Position numbers and translations under genes: made by a program. A stretch of 64,000 bases of DNA from Eledone cirrhosa. Its lineage: Eukaryota. Positions 15,182 to 29,100 of this stretch are shown here, in pieces. Every line of letters starts with the position of its first letter. Position 1 is the first letter of the stretch. The notes under the pieces are model-generated. The model saw nothing but the letters and a program-made list of their open reading frames with translations. It made no database searches and was not told the origin of the DNA. The stretch spans positions 39,804,001 through 39,868,000 of the forward strand of contig OZ024751.1 of assembly GCA_964016885.1 (NCBI GenBank), in the 5' to 3' direction.

Positions 15182-16063
15182 TAGTTGCAGTTTCAAGAAA
15201 GTGGGGCAACAAAATTACCCTCTCATTCTTCCATTCTTCCATTAGCTTCTAGTCTCCTTCTGAAAGGGGTTAAAATATATTCCGTTGGATATTAAAAACG
15301 ATGTGAATCTCATTCAAGTGCTTAAACTAAGCTGGTGTTTTTTAATGAGAGGGGGCAGTGAGAGTGAGAAGTGCAGTTGGCAGCTGCTTGTAAAGTGTAA
15401 AGAACTGCAAAAGTAAAAGAAAGTGCGTTTAATCCAGATCAGATTACCAAAGAGAAGAAATTTATGTTGGCAAAAAATCTAGAATATTCTACTGTGATTA
15501 CGAAAAGGAAAAGTGATTCTTATAATTTTATCTATTTTCAACTGTTGCCTATCTAATTTAATTTTCTCTGGAAACTCAACATCTCTGTGATCATGATATA
15601 CAGCAACATAACAACTACGCAATAACAACCGGATTTCTGTACTTGATATCTACGTAATACTTGAAGGAATATAATTCTTCTTTTAAATCCAATATATTAT
15701 AAGTATAGGCGTTACACAGACTTTTACAGAAGAAGAGTTAGGAGCCAAAAATAAAATTAAAATAAAACGCGTCACTACAGGTGTTAAGGAACAAATTGTT
15801 GAAATTGAACTCCCAGCTATCTCGTGGTTTTACGGTATTGAGGAATATATATGCAGAAAAAAAACATGATGTTCGCATATAGAATTAAAACAGGGATACA
15901 TACAAACCATTGTCTACTCATTGCTTCACTCTGTTCTATATTCTATATTCCTCCAAATATGCTCTGGTAATATTAGACAATGTTCTATAGTAAAAGAAAT
16001 ACGGTGAAATTAATAATTCAATTCAACTATCAAACATTCGCCGCCTGCTTCGGTTTCAAACCA

Positions 16064-16201
<138 letters not shown>

Positions 16202-16202
16202 G

Positions 16203-16300
<98 letters not shown>

Positions 16301-16515
16301 AAGTCGATCGACTTTTGTCAAATTGGACCGAGGAAACAATGTTTCCGTTGGTCTTTCCAATTGCTAATACTTTCTATCGGTCGCAACTCCAAGTAGAAGG
16401 AGCAACGTGAAATAAAGTGTCTTGCTCAAGGACATAACGCATCGCCCGGTCCAGGAATCGAACTCACAACCTCACAATTGTGAATCCAATTCTCTTACTA
16501 GTCCAGTAGAAGTTA

Positions 16516-16575
<60 letters not shown>

Positions 16576-16678
16576 AGAATGAAACGAAATTTCATTTCTC
16601 ACTCTTAGTACGGCACTTACTTAAATGTATACATATCTGTATACATATCTGATTGTACGTATACATATGATTGTACGT

Positions 16679-16719
<41 letters not shown>

Positions 16720-16730
16720 TAACTTCTACC

Positions 16731-16925
16731 AGATCAGAGCAAACAGCACGGACACTCTATCTCAAAATTATTTTTGAAAAGCATTTAGAAATGCGCAACC
16801 GGTAAAAGCTTAAAAACTTAAAACCACAACTGAATACTAACCCATACAATCACTAATACTCTTTTATTCCTAATTAAACCATTTTTCAACTGTGAACAAT
16901 TTGTCAGCATTTTCTATTCCGTTTA

Positions 16926-16930
<5 letters not shown>
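16731..16930 (+). mobile_element. TA-flanked short element with a degenerate hammerhead motif
   Basis: TTGAAAA (16774-16780) GCATTT AG AAATGC GCAA CCGG TA. Inverted copy at 697-897. Confidence 0.6.
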
Positions 16931-16988
<58 letters not shown>

Positions 16989-17864
16989 CCTAGCGACCGA
17001 TAGTTTAACCACCAACCGTATGGAAATGTTTCTATATCACGTACATTTTGTCTAAGTGGACATTAAAATATCTCAAGAATGTAATGCTTCAGAAAATATA
17101 GAATTTTGTAAGAAATTATGTATTTCATGGTTCTCTATAATTTTCCAACAATTTCATACTTTTCAAAATGACCGTTGTGTTTCTCGGGTTACTGTTAGTT
17201 GTAATATTATATAACGTCATAATAATACCATGATACTATATAATAATACATATATATATAGTATATAGCACTATGTAATGTATAATGTGTCATAATGAGG
17301 CGGAGAATTTTCAGAGTCGTTAGAACGTGCAATACAATGCTTTGCAGTATTCGTTTCGGCTTTCTCTGTTGTGAGTTCAACTCCCGCTGAGGTCAACTCT
17401 AACTTTCATCCATTTGAGGTCGATATAAAGATACCAGTCAAATACTGAGACCGACACTTCCTCTATATCTCTTTCTCGCTTTCATTCTTTCACTTTCTAT
17501 CTTTCTATGGAAGAAATCTGCTCCGTCGGGTTTTAAAATGTCCTAGAAATGCCATACATCAATCTGGCACTTCTACAACTCCCTCGGTAGTTATGGAACT
17601 ATGCATGCAAATATATAATAAGATGTAATATATATAATATATATAATATATGTTCTCACAATCCCTCAGTCGCTTAACGCCACGAAAACCGGGATAACCA
17701 TAGGCTTATGATGAAACTCCGGGTGCGAGACAGCCCTTATAGATTTTAGATATAATATATAGCATATAATATATAATAAGAGGTGACTAAACGGGTTGAA
17801 GGCAACCGCTCTTAACATTGTCACAAACTGATATTTGGTGACGTTTTCTCAAAGCACGGAGACA

Positions 17865-18800
<936 letters not shown>

Positions 18801-19286
18801 ATATATATATATATATATGTCTGTAACTCTTTAAAATTGACATACACATATTTACCATAATCCTGCTATTTATAGCATCGCAATCGCGGACACCGAACAC
18901 CGAATACGTTCAACTCTATTGCCTTCATTATTGAGGTCGTTAGTCCACTAGAATATAATAATATCTACTACTCATACAAACAATATGAGACCTATATCGG
19001 TTGCTGTGACCTCATGTATCACGAAAAGAATTCCCGTGCTATTTATTAACTAGACTTAGTAGTGAACATAAGTTTTATTGCATGGAAATCCCAACTGAAC
19101 CGCATAATAACTACTATACACACACGCTGTGTAGACATAATTAATATCTAGCTAAGTAAAACATGGATTTTGTTTGTTACCGAAAACTATTCCCTCGTTA
19201 CCTGCTATCAATAACATAAATTCATATGATATCTTTATATGAAATTTTGGAACTTTGTATCGTTATATTATGTATGATGTATCAGG

Positions 19287-19472
19287 GTGGTGGATTGGCA
19301 GTATCGGTAGAGGGTCGGACGCCATGCTTTCCAGCATAGTTACGTCCCTTTACGATCTGAGTTCAAATCCCGCCGAGGTTGACTTTGCCTTTCATCCTTA
19401 CGGGGTCGATAAAATAAAGTACCAGTAATGCACTGGGTAATTGCTGGCCTTGTGCCTAAAGTAGAAACAATT
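19287..19472 (+). mobile_element. tRNA-derived SINE, full length
   Basis: Near-identical reverse complement of 6406-6590. Confidence 0.85.
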
Positions 19473-19600
19473 ATGTATGATGTATGTATTTATGTGCATG
19501 TATGTATTTCTGTTTGTATGTATGTTTGTATGTATGATGTATGTATGATGGATGCATGAATATATATATATATATAATGTCTGCATACATAGATATATAT

Positions 19601-19631
<31 letters not shown>

Positions 19632-19673
19632 GTCTGTATACATGAATGTATGTAGGTTTGTATGAATGCATAG

Positions 19674-19709
<36 letters not shown>

Positions 19710-19759
19710 CCGTGTGTGTGTGAGTGATGAAAATAAAACGTTATCTCTGATCGAGATGA

Positions 19760-20128
19760 AGCGAGAGTGTATTTGAATGCATATAAAAATGAAAAAACTC
19801 GGAACTGGGTTGGGAGGTTCTGCCCTTACTGCCATATTCGCCTGGTTTCGCGGCAAGGACTATCGCCATTTTCTGCCAATGGCAATGCAATCCAGCTAAA
19901 GACATTCACCAACGAAAACCAGTTAAATCAGCGGCGGCTGACGAAATTCTTTGCATCAAAACCAAAAGAATTTTGCAGGGATGGAATCATGTACCTCACC
20001 AAACAATGGCAGACGGTATCAATCAATGATGGCGACTATTTTGACTTGTAAAATTTGCCTAATATTAAAAAACGTCAAAGGCAATAAAAAATTTGAAAAT
20101 CAGCGAGAATTTTATGTCCAACATAATA
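19760..20128 (+). pseudogene. Mariner transposase 3' remnant with probable right TIR
   Basis: The frames give ELGWEVLPLLPYSP (YSPDL-like motif) and FFASKPKEFCRDGIMYLTKQWQTVSINDGDYF. It ends in tttatgtccaacataata followed by TA. Confidence 0.75.
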
Positions 20129-20778
20129 TATAGAGAGAGAAAGACACGGAGAAAATGGAGGGAGAAATTGATATGTAGATAAATAGATACATAGATAGAA
20201 AGATAACATTTAAAGACAACATGTCTTTTATTACAGTAAAACACACATTTCTTTCTAATGGCGTCTGATGCAATATACATTACGTAATTAAAATAACAAA
20301 CGTTTAATATTTCTGTTGGTGTTTTTACTGTTTTTACTGTTAAGAGAAGACAAACACGATGTTTATATTTCTGGAAACAGTCCCACCACTTACAGGAGTT
20401 CAGGAACTGTGCAGTGTAAGTGCAATTGTCACAGACCACGCCTGCTTGCACATGAACCTAGTACTGAAATACCAAACCACACCGCACCACAACAGACCAG
20501 ACCACACCACATCAGACAATACCACACCACACCACACCAGACAAGACCACACCACACCACACCAGAAACACCACACCACACCAGACAACACCACACCACA
20601 CCAGACCACACCACACCACACCACTCCCCTTCAACATGATGGTGTTCTATCAGTAACAGTGATATTAACTGCCCTGCTCTCAGCATTCTATCATCTCCCA
20701 CCATTCCAATCCACCAACACTCTTAACACTTAATACTAACACATGTTTTCTATCTCCCATTAAAACTAATTCATTATA

Positions 20779-20832
<54 letters not shown>

Positions 20833-20856
20833 ACATATATATATATATACATAAAC

Positions 20857-21161
<305 letters not shown>

Positions 21162-21176
21162 ATATATATATATATA

Positions 21177-21534
21177 TATAAAGAAAAAGGGATGAAATCG
21201 AAAATGCAACTGAAGTCTTATTTTTTTTTTAAATATATATATTTATTTGGTTCCTTTACCGGTTTCGCAGTTCTTCTGCTTTTCAAAAGGTGAGTTGAGA
21301 TGGAGGGTCTGTGGTTTTTCTCACATCAGATGTGAGAAAAACCACAGACCCTCCATCTCAACTCACCTTTTGAAAAGCAGAAGAACTGCGAAACCGGTAA
21401 AGGAACCAAATAAATATATATATTTAAAAAAAAAATAAGACTTCAGTTGCATTTTCGATTTCATCCCTTTTTCTTTATACTTCCACTCGTGTAGGACACC
21501 TCGGTTATTTTTCATTTTGTAAAAAAAACCTCAC

Positions 21535-21540
<6 letters not shown>
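21177..21540. mobile_element. Family C element: palindrome with about 150-bp arms centred at 21328, plus a 3' tail, in (TA)n
   Basis: 21177-21327 is the reverse complement of 21329-21479. Confidence 0.8.
21366..21403 (+). ncRNA. Minimal type I hammerhead with U3-A8 core variant (mirror copy at 21253-21290 on - strand)
   Basis: CCTT-TTGAAAA-GCAG AAGAA CTGC-GAAA-CCGG-TA|AAGG. Confidence 0.65.
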
Positions 21541-21582
<42 letters not shown>

Positions 21583-21821
21583 ACAGGGAGAAAAAGACGA
21601 TTATTAGGAAAAAAAATATATATATATATATATTTATATGCATATAAATATACATATACATATATACATATATACTTATTAATATAATAAGTATCTGCGT
21701 GTGTGTTATATACATACAGTATGTATAAACAAATATATATATATATATGTGTGTGTGTGTGTAAAAGGTAAACAGCAATAACAACACAATCGGTACAGTG
21801 TACGGAAGGAATGTATTAGGT

Positions 21822-21852
<31 letters not shown>

Positions 21853-21873
21853 ATATATATATGTGTGTGTGTG

Positions 21874-21969
<96 letters not shown>

Positions 21970-22920
21970 GATGTGAGTGTGTATATAACGGCGATGAATT
22001 AGTTTTGCGAGGTTTTTTATATGAAATCGTGTGTCGAAACAAATATTGTTTAATAAATAAATAAATACATACACAAGCACAATAACAACAAACACATATA
22101 AACACACACTAGTAAAGATAGAATACATTAACCAATACACACTCACCCAATCACGAACTCACGTCAAACAAAACACTATACACACGCGCAAACGCATGCG
22201 CAAAGAAGACAAAATAAAATAAACAAACAAACAAATAAATAAATAAATAAATATATAAACAGACTAAATAAAGATGGCGTAGACATACAATGTAACGGGA
22301 GGAAACAATAGCACCACTGACGATGTTGCAGATGTGCAACGAAAGAACTTTGATAAACTATATATATGTGTTTGTGTCTATATTGTATCTGTATTATTTT
22401 TGACCGTCGGTCAGTCAATGGCAACATTGAGGACCGAATAAATTAGATCACCGATATAAAAGACACAGAAGCGAAAAGCGAAAACCAACCAAACAGTGAG
22501 TGTGTTCTGTTATTAATTCTGGCAATATTACACAAATATGACCCTCCCCAAGTATAACAATATGTGTGTATATATATATAGTATAATTAAAATTTCATAC
22601 ACTTGACATGTATGCTTCCGGTCTTGAATCTCCATTAAATATCCCATTGTCTTCATATTTATTTTAAATGTATATATAAATATATATACATTTATATAAA
22701 TATATATATTTATATAAATATATATATATTTATATAAATATATATATATATTTATATAAATATATATACATTTATATAAATATATATATATTTATATAAA
22801 TATATATACATTTATATAAATGTATATATATTTACGTACGATCATATTTCAAAAGAATTCTTCTTACTCTAGAAATATACCAACTGCAGGCATGTGCATT
22901 GTGTTAATAGTCATAACAAT

Positions 22921-22953
<33 letters not shown>

Positions 22954-22983
22954 AAGAAGAAGAAGAAGAAGAAGAAGAAGAAG

Positions 22984-23014
<31 letters not shown>

Positions 23015-23039
23015 TAATGATACTATCCTATAATATAAT

Positions 23040-23228
23040 TTGCAGTAGGCAATACCGGTAGAGCGTCAGACACCATACTTTGCAGCATAGAGTTACGGTC
23101 CTTTACGATCTGAGTTCAAATCCCGCCGAGGTTAACTTTGCCTTTCATCCTTACGGGGTCTATAAAATAAAGTACCAGTAATGCACTGGGTAATTGCTGG
23201 CCTTGTGCCTAAAGTAGAAACAATTATT
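23040..23228 (+). mobile_element. tRNA-derived SINE
   Basis: B box, core and tail as in the other copies. Confidence 0.8.
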
Positions 23229-23627
23229 TATTAAGTAAATCAGGGTTAAGATTAAAACCGAGACGTGAAGTCATTTCACTGTTGTTGTATGTTAATAAGA
23301 TTGTGAATTAGTTCAATCGGTAGAGCGTCGGATAGGATCCCTGGTGTGAGAAGTTTGGTGAGGGGGGTGTCCTCGTTCTGGCTGCCTGCACTTTGATTTC
23401 AAATCCCGCCTTTTATTCTTTCAGGGGTCGGTAAGTAAAAAACCAGCCAAATCCTTGGGATATCTTCTTCTTCTTCTTCTTTTTCTTTTTCTTCTTCTTC
23501 TTCTTCTTCTTCTTCTTCTTCTTCTTCTTCTTCTTCTTCTAGTTCGGAACTCGCTGTTGAAACGTCAGGAGCTCGGCCGTTGGGGTCCCGACTCCTTCAT
23601 ATATATATGTATGTATATATATATATT

Positions 23628-23710
<83 letters not shown>

Positions 23711-23772
23711 ATACATATATATATATATATACGTATATATATATAATATATATAATATATATATATATATAA

Positions 23773-23811
<39 letters not shown>

Positions 23812-23812
23812 C

Positions 23813-23847
<35 letters not shown>

Positions 23848-23859
23848 CATATATATATA

Positions 23860-23928
<69 letters not shown>

Positions 23929-23933
<5 letters not shown>

Positions 23934-26196
23934 TATAGACATAGAATATTCGAAAATATTCTGTATGTTTATAATAAACATTTTGAAGACCTAATCGCTA
24001 TAGAATAGAATACGTCACGTATTACAATTAGATTCTCGATAAAAGCAAGGGAAGTAATCTACGCGTTTCATTCTCGTTAGAAATCATCAGGACCACATAT
24101 CCAGTGCTTTTATCGAGAATGACACAGCTAGAGACTTATAGAATACTTAGCTGTGTACAGGAACTGGTTTGAAAGAGCGGTTGCCGGTCCGGCAGAAATT
24201 AGAAATTGGAATAAATGCTCTGAAATAGCGATATATATGTGAATATAGACATAGAATATTCGAAAATATTCTGTATGTTTATAATAAACATTTTGAAGAC
24301 CTAATCGCTATAGAATAGAATACGTCACGTATTACAATTAGATTCTCGATAAAAGCAAGGGAAGTAATCTACGCGTTTCATTCTCGTTAGAAATCATCAG
24401 GACCACATATCCAGTGCTTTTATCGAGAATGACACAGCTAGAGACTTATAGAATACTTAGCTGTGTACAGGAACTGGTTTGAAAGAGCGGTTGCCGGTCC
24501 GGCAGAAATTAGAAATTGGAATAAATGCTCTGAAATAGCGATATATATGTGAATATAGACATAGAATATTCGAAAATATTCTGTATGTTTATAATAAACA
24601 TTTTGAAGACCTAATCGCTATAGAATAGAATACGTCACGTATTACAATTAGATTCTCGATAAAAGCAAGGGAAGTAATCTACGCGTTTCATTCTCGTTAG
24701 AAATCATCAGGACCACATATCCAGTGCTTTTATCGAGAATGACACAGCTAGAGACTTATAGAATACTTAGCTGTGTACAGGAACTGGTTTGAAAGAGCGG
24801 TTGCCGGTCCGGCAGAAATTAGAAATTGGAATAAATGCTCTGAAATAGCGATATATATGTGAATATAGACATAGAATATTCGAAAATATTCTGTATGTTT
24901 ATAATAAACATTTTGAAGACCTAATCGCTATAGAATAGAATACGTCACGTATTACAATTAGATTCTCGATAAAAGCAAGGGAAGTAATCTACGCGTTTCA
25001 TTCTCGTTAGAAATCATCAGGACCACATATCCAGTGCTTTTATCGAGAATGACACAGCTAGAGACTTATAGAATACTTAGCTGTGTACAGGAACTGGTTT
25101 GAAAGAGCGGTTGCCGGTCCGGCAGAAATTAGAAATTGGAATAAATGCTCTGAAATAGCGATATATATGTGAATATAGACATAGAATATTCGAAAATATT
25201 CTGTATGTTTATAATAAACATTTTGAAGACCTAATCGCTATAGAATAGAATACGTCACGTATTACAATTAGATTCTCGATAAAAGCAAGGGAAGTAATCT
25301 ACGCGTTTCATTCTCGTTAGAAATCATCAGGACCACATATCCAGTGCTTTTATCGAGAATGACACAGCTAGAGACTTATAGAATACTTAGCTGTGTACAG
25401 GAACTGGTTTGAAAGAGCGGTTGCCGGTCCGGCAGAAATTAGAAATTGGAATAAATGCTCTGAAATAGCGATATATATGTGAATATAGACATAGAATATT
25501 CGAAAATATTCTGTATGTTTATAATAAACATTTTGAAGACCTAATCGCTATAGAATAGAATACGTCACGTATTACAATTAGATTCTCGATAAAAGCAAGG
25601 GAAGTAATCTACGCGTTTCATTCTCGTTAGAAATCATCAGGACCACATATCCAGTGCTTTTATCGAGAATGACACAGCTAGAGACTTATAGAATACTTAG
25701 CTGTGTACAGGAACTGGTTTGAAAGAGCGGTTGCCGGTCCGGCAGAAATTAGAAATTGGAATAAATGCTCTGAAATAGCGATATATATGTGAATATAGAC
25801 ATAGAATATTCGAAAATATTCTGTATGTTTATAATAAACATTTTGAAGACCTAATCGCTATAGAATAGAATACGTCACGTATTACAATTAGATTCTCGAT
25901 AAAAGCAAGGGAAGTAATCTACGCGTTTCATTCTCGTTAGAAATCATCAGGACCACATATCCAGTGCTTTTATCGAGAATGACACAGCTAGAGACTTATA
26001 GAATACTTAGCTGTGTACAGGAACTGGTTTGAAAGAGCGGTTGCCGGTCCGGCAGAAATTAGAAATTGGAATAAATGCTCTGAAATAGCGATATATATGT
26101 GAATATAGACATAGAATATTCGAAAATATTCTGTATGTTTATAATAAACATTTTGAAGACCTAATCGCTATAGAATAGAATACGTCACGTATTACA
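23929..26196 (-). repeat. 310-bp tandem array, left arm: 7 full units plus a partial, hammerhead on - strand
   Basis: Unit starts gaatatagac at 23931, 24241, 24551, 24861, 25171, 25481, 25791 and 26101. Confidence 0.95.
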
Positions 26197-29100
26197 GAAT
26201 ATTTTCGAATATTCTATGTCTATATTCACATATATATCGCTATTTCAGAGCATTTATTCCAATTTCTAATTTCTGCCGGACCGGCAACCGCTCTTTCAAA
26301 CCAGTTCCTGTACACAGCTAAGTATTCTATAAGTCTCTAGCTGTGTCATTCTCGATAAAAGCACTGGATATGTGGTCCTGATGATTTCTAACGAGAATGA
26401 AACGCGTAGATTACTTCCCTTGCTTTTATCGAGAATCTAATTGTAATACGTGACGTATTCTATTCTATAGCGATTAGGTCTTCAAAATGTTTATTATAAA
26501 CATACAGAATATTTTCGAATATTCTATGTCTATATTCACATATATATCGCTATTTCAGAGCATTTATTCCAATTTCTAATTTCTGCCGGACCGGCAACCG
26601 CTCTTTCAAACCAGTTCCTGTACACAGCTAAGTATTCTATAAGTCTCTAGCTGTGTCATTCTCGATAAAAGCACTGGATATGTGGTCCTGATGATTTCTA
26701 ACGAGAATGAAACGCGTAGATTACTTCCCTTGCTTTTATCGAGAATCTAATTGTAATACGTGACGTATTCTATTCTATAGCGATTAGGTCTTCAAAATGT
26801 TTATTATAAACATACAGAATATTTTCGAATATTCTATGTCTATATTCACATATATATCGCTATTTCAGAGCATTTATTCCAATTTCTAATTTCTGCCGGA
26901 CCGGCAACCGCTCTTTCAAACCAGTTCCTGTACACAGCTAAGTATTCTATAAGTCTCTAGCTGTGTCATTCTCGATAAAAGCACTGGATATGTGGTCCTG
27001 ATGATTTCTAACGAGAATGAAACGCGTAGATTACTTCCCTTGCTTTTATCGAGAATCTAATTGTAATACGTGACGTATTCTATTCTATAGCGATTAGGTC
27101 TTCAAAATGTTTATTATAAACATACAGAATATTTTCGAATATTCTATGTCTATATTCACATATATATCGCTATTTCAGAGCATTTATTCCAATTTCTAAT
27201 TTCTGCCGGACCGGCAACCGCTCTTTCAAACCAGTTCCTGTACACAGCTAAGTATTCTATAAGTCTCTAGCTGTGTCATTCTCGATAAAAGCACTGGATA
27301 TGTGGTCCTGATGATTTCTAACGAGAATGAAACGCGTAGATTACTTCCCTTGCTTTTATCGAGAATCTAATTGTAATACGTGACGTATTCTATTCTATAG
27401 CGATTAGGTCTTCAAAATGTTTATTATAAACATACAGAATATTTTCGAATATTCTATGTCTATATTCACATATATATCGCTATTTCAGAGCATTTATTCC
27501 AATTTCTAATTTCTGCCGGACCGGCAACCGCTCTTTCAAACCAGTTCCTGTACACAGCTAAGTATTCTATAAGTCTCTAGCTGTGTCATTCTCGATAAAA
27601 GCACTGGATATGTGGTCCTGATGATTTCTAACGAGAATGAAACGCGTAGATTACTTCCCTTGCTTTTATCGAGAATCTAATTGTAATACGTGACGTATTC
27701 TATTCTATAGCGATTAGGTCTTCAAAATGTTTATTATAAACATACAGAATATTTTCGAATATTCTATGTCTATATTCACATATATATCGCTATTTCAGAG
27801 CATTTATTCCAATTTCTAATTTCTGCCGGACCGGCAACCGCTCTTTCAAACCAGTTCCTGTACACAGCTAAGTATTCTATAAGTCTCTAGCTGTGTCATT
27901 CTCGATAAAAGCACTGGATATGTGGTCCTGATGATTTCTAACGAGAATGAAACGCGTAGATTACTTCCCTTGCTTTTATCGAGAATCTAATTGTAATACG
28001 TGACGTATTCTATTCTATAGCGATTAGGTCTTCAAAATGTTTATTATAAACATACAGAATATTTTCGAATATTCTATGTCTATATTCACATATATATCGC
28101 TATTTCAGAGCATTTATTCCAATTTCTAATTTCTGCCGGACCGGCAACCGCTCTTTCAAACCAGTTCCTGTACACAGCTAAGTATTCTATAAGTCTCTAG
28201 CTGTGTCATTCTCGATAAAAGCACTGGATATGTGGTCCTGATGATTTCTAACGAGAATGAAACGCGTAGATTACTTCCCTTGCTTTTATCGAGAATCTAA
28301 TTGTAATACGTGACGTATTCTATTCTATAGCGATTAGGTCTTCAAAATGTTTATTATAAACATACAGAATATTTTCGAATATTCTATGTCTATATTCACA
28401 TATATATCGCTATTTCAGAGCATTTATTCCAATTTCTAATTTCTGCCGGACCGGCAACCGCTCTTTCAAACCAGTTCCTGTACACAGCTAAGTATTCTAT
28501 AAGTCTCTAGCTGTGTCATTCTCGATAAAAGCACTGGATATGTGGTCCTGATGATTTCTAACGAGAATGAAACGCGTAGATTACTTCCCTTGCTTTTATC
28601 GAGAATCTAATTGTAATACGTGACGTATTCTATTCTATAGCGATTAGGTCTTCAAAATGTTTATTATAAACATACAGAATATTTTCGAATATTCTATGTC
28701 TATATTCACATATATATCGCTATTTCAGAGCATTTATTCCAATTTCTAATTTCTGCCGGACCGGCAACCGCTCTTTCAAACCAGTTCCTGTACACAGCTA
28801 AGTATTCTATAAGTCTCTAGCTGTGTCATTCTCGATAAAAGCACTGGATATGTGGTCCTGATGATTTCTAACGAGAATGAAACGCGTAGATTACTTCCCT
28901 TGCTTTTATCGAGAATCTAATTGTAATACGTGACGTATTCTATTCTATAGCGATTAGGTCTTCAAAATGTTTATTATAAACATACAGAATATTTTCGAAT
29001 ATTCTATGTCTATATTCACATATATATCGCTATTTCAGAGCATTTATTCCAATTTCTAATTTCTGCCGGACCGGCAACCGCTCTTTCAAACCAGTTCCTG

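Noticed and set aside
22323-22441. Possible signal-peptide exon for the ITIH-like gene (hydrophobic YIVSVLFLTVGQSMA)
   Set aside because: No upstream in-frame ATG, and all three frames hit stops before the donor at 22496.
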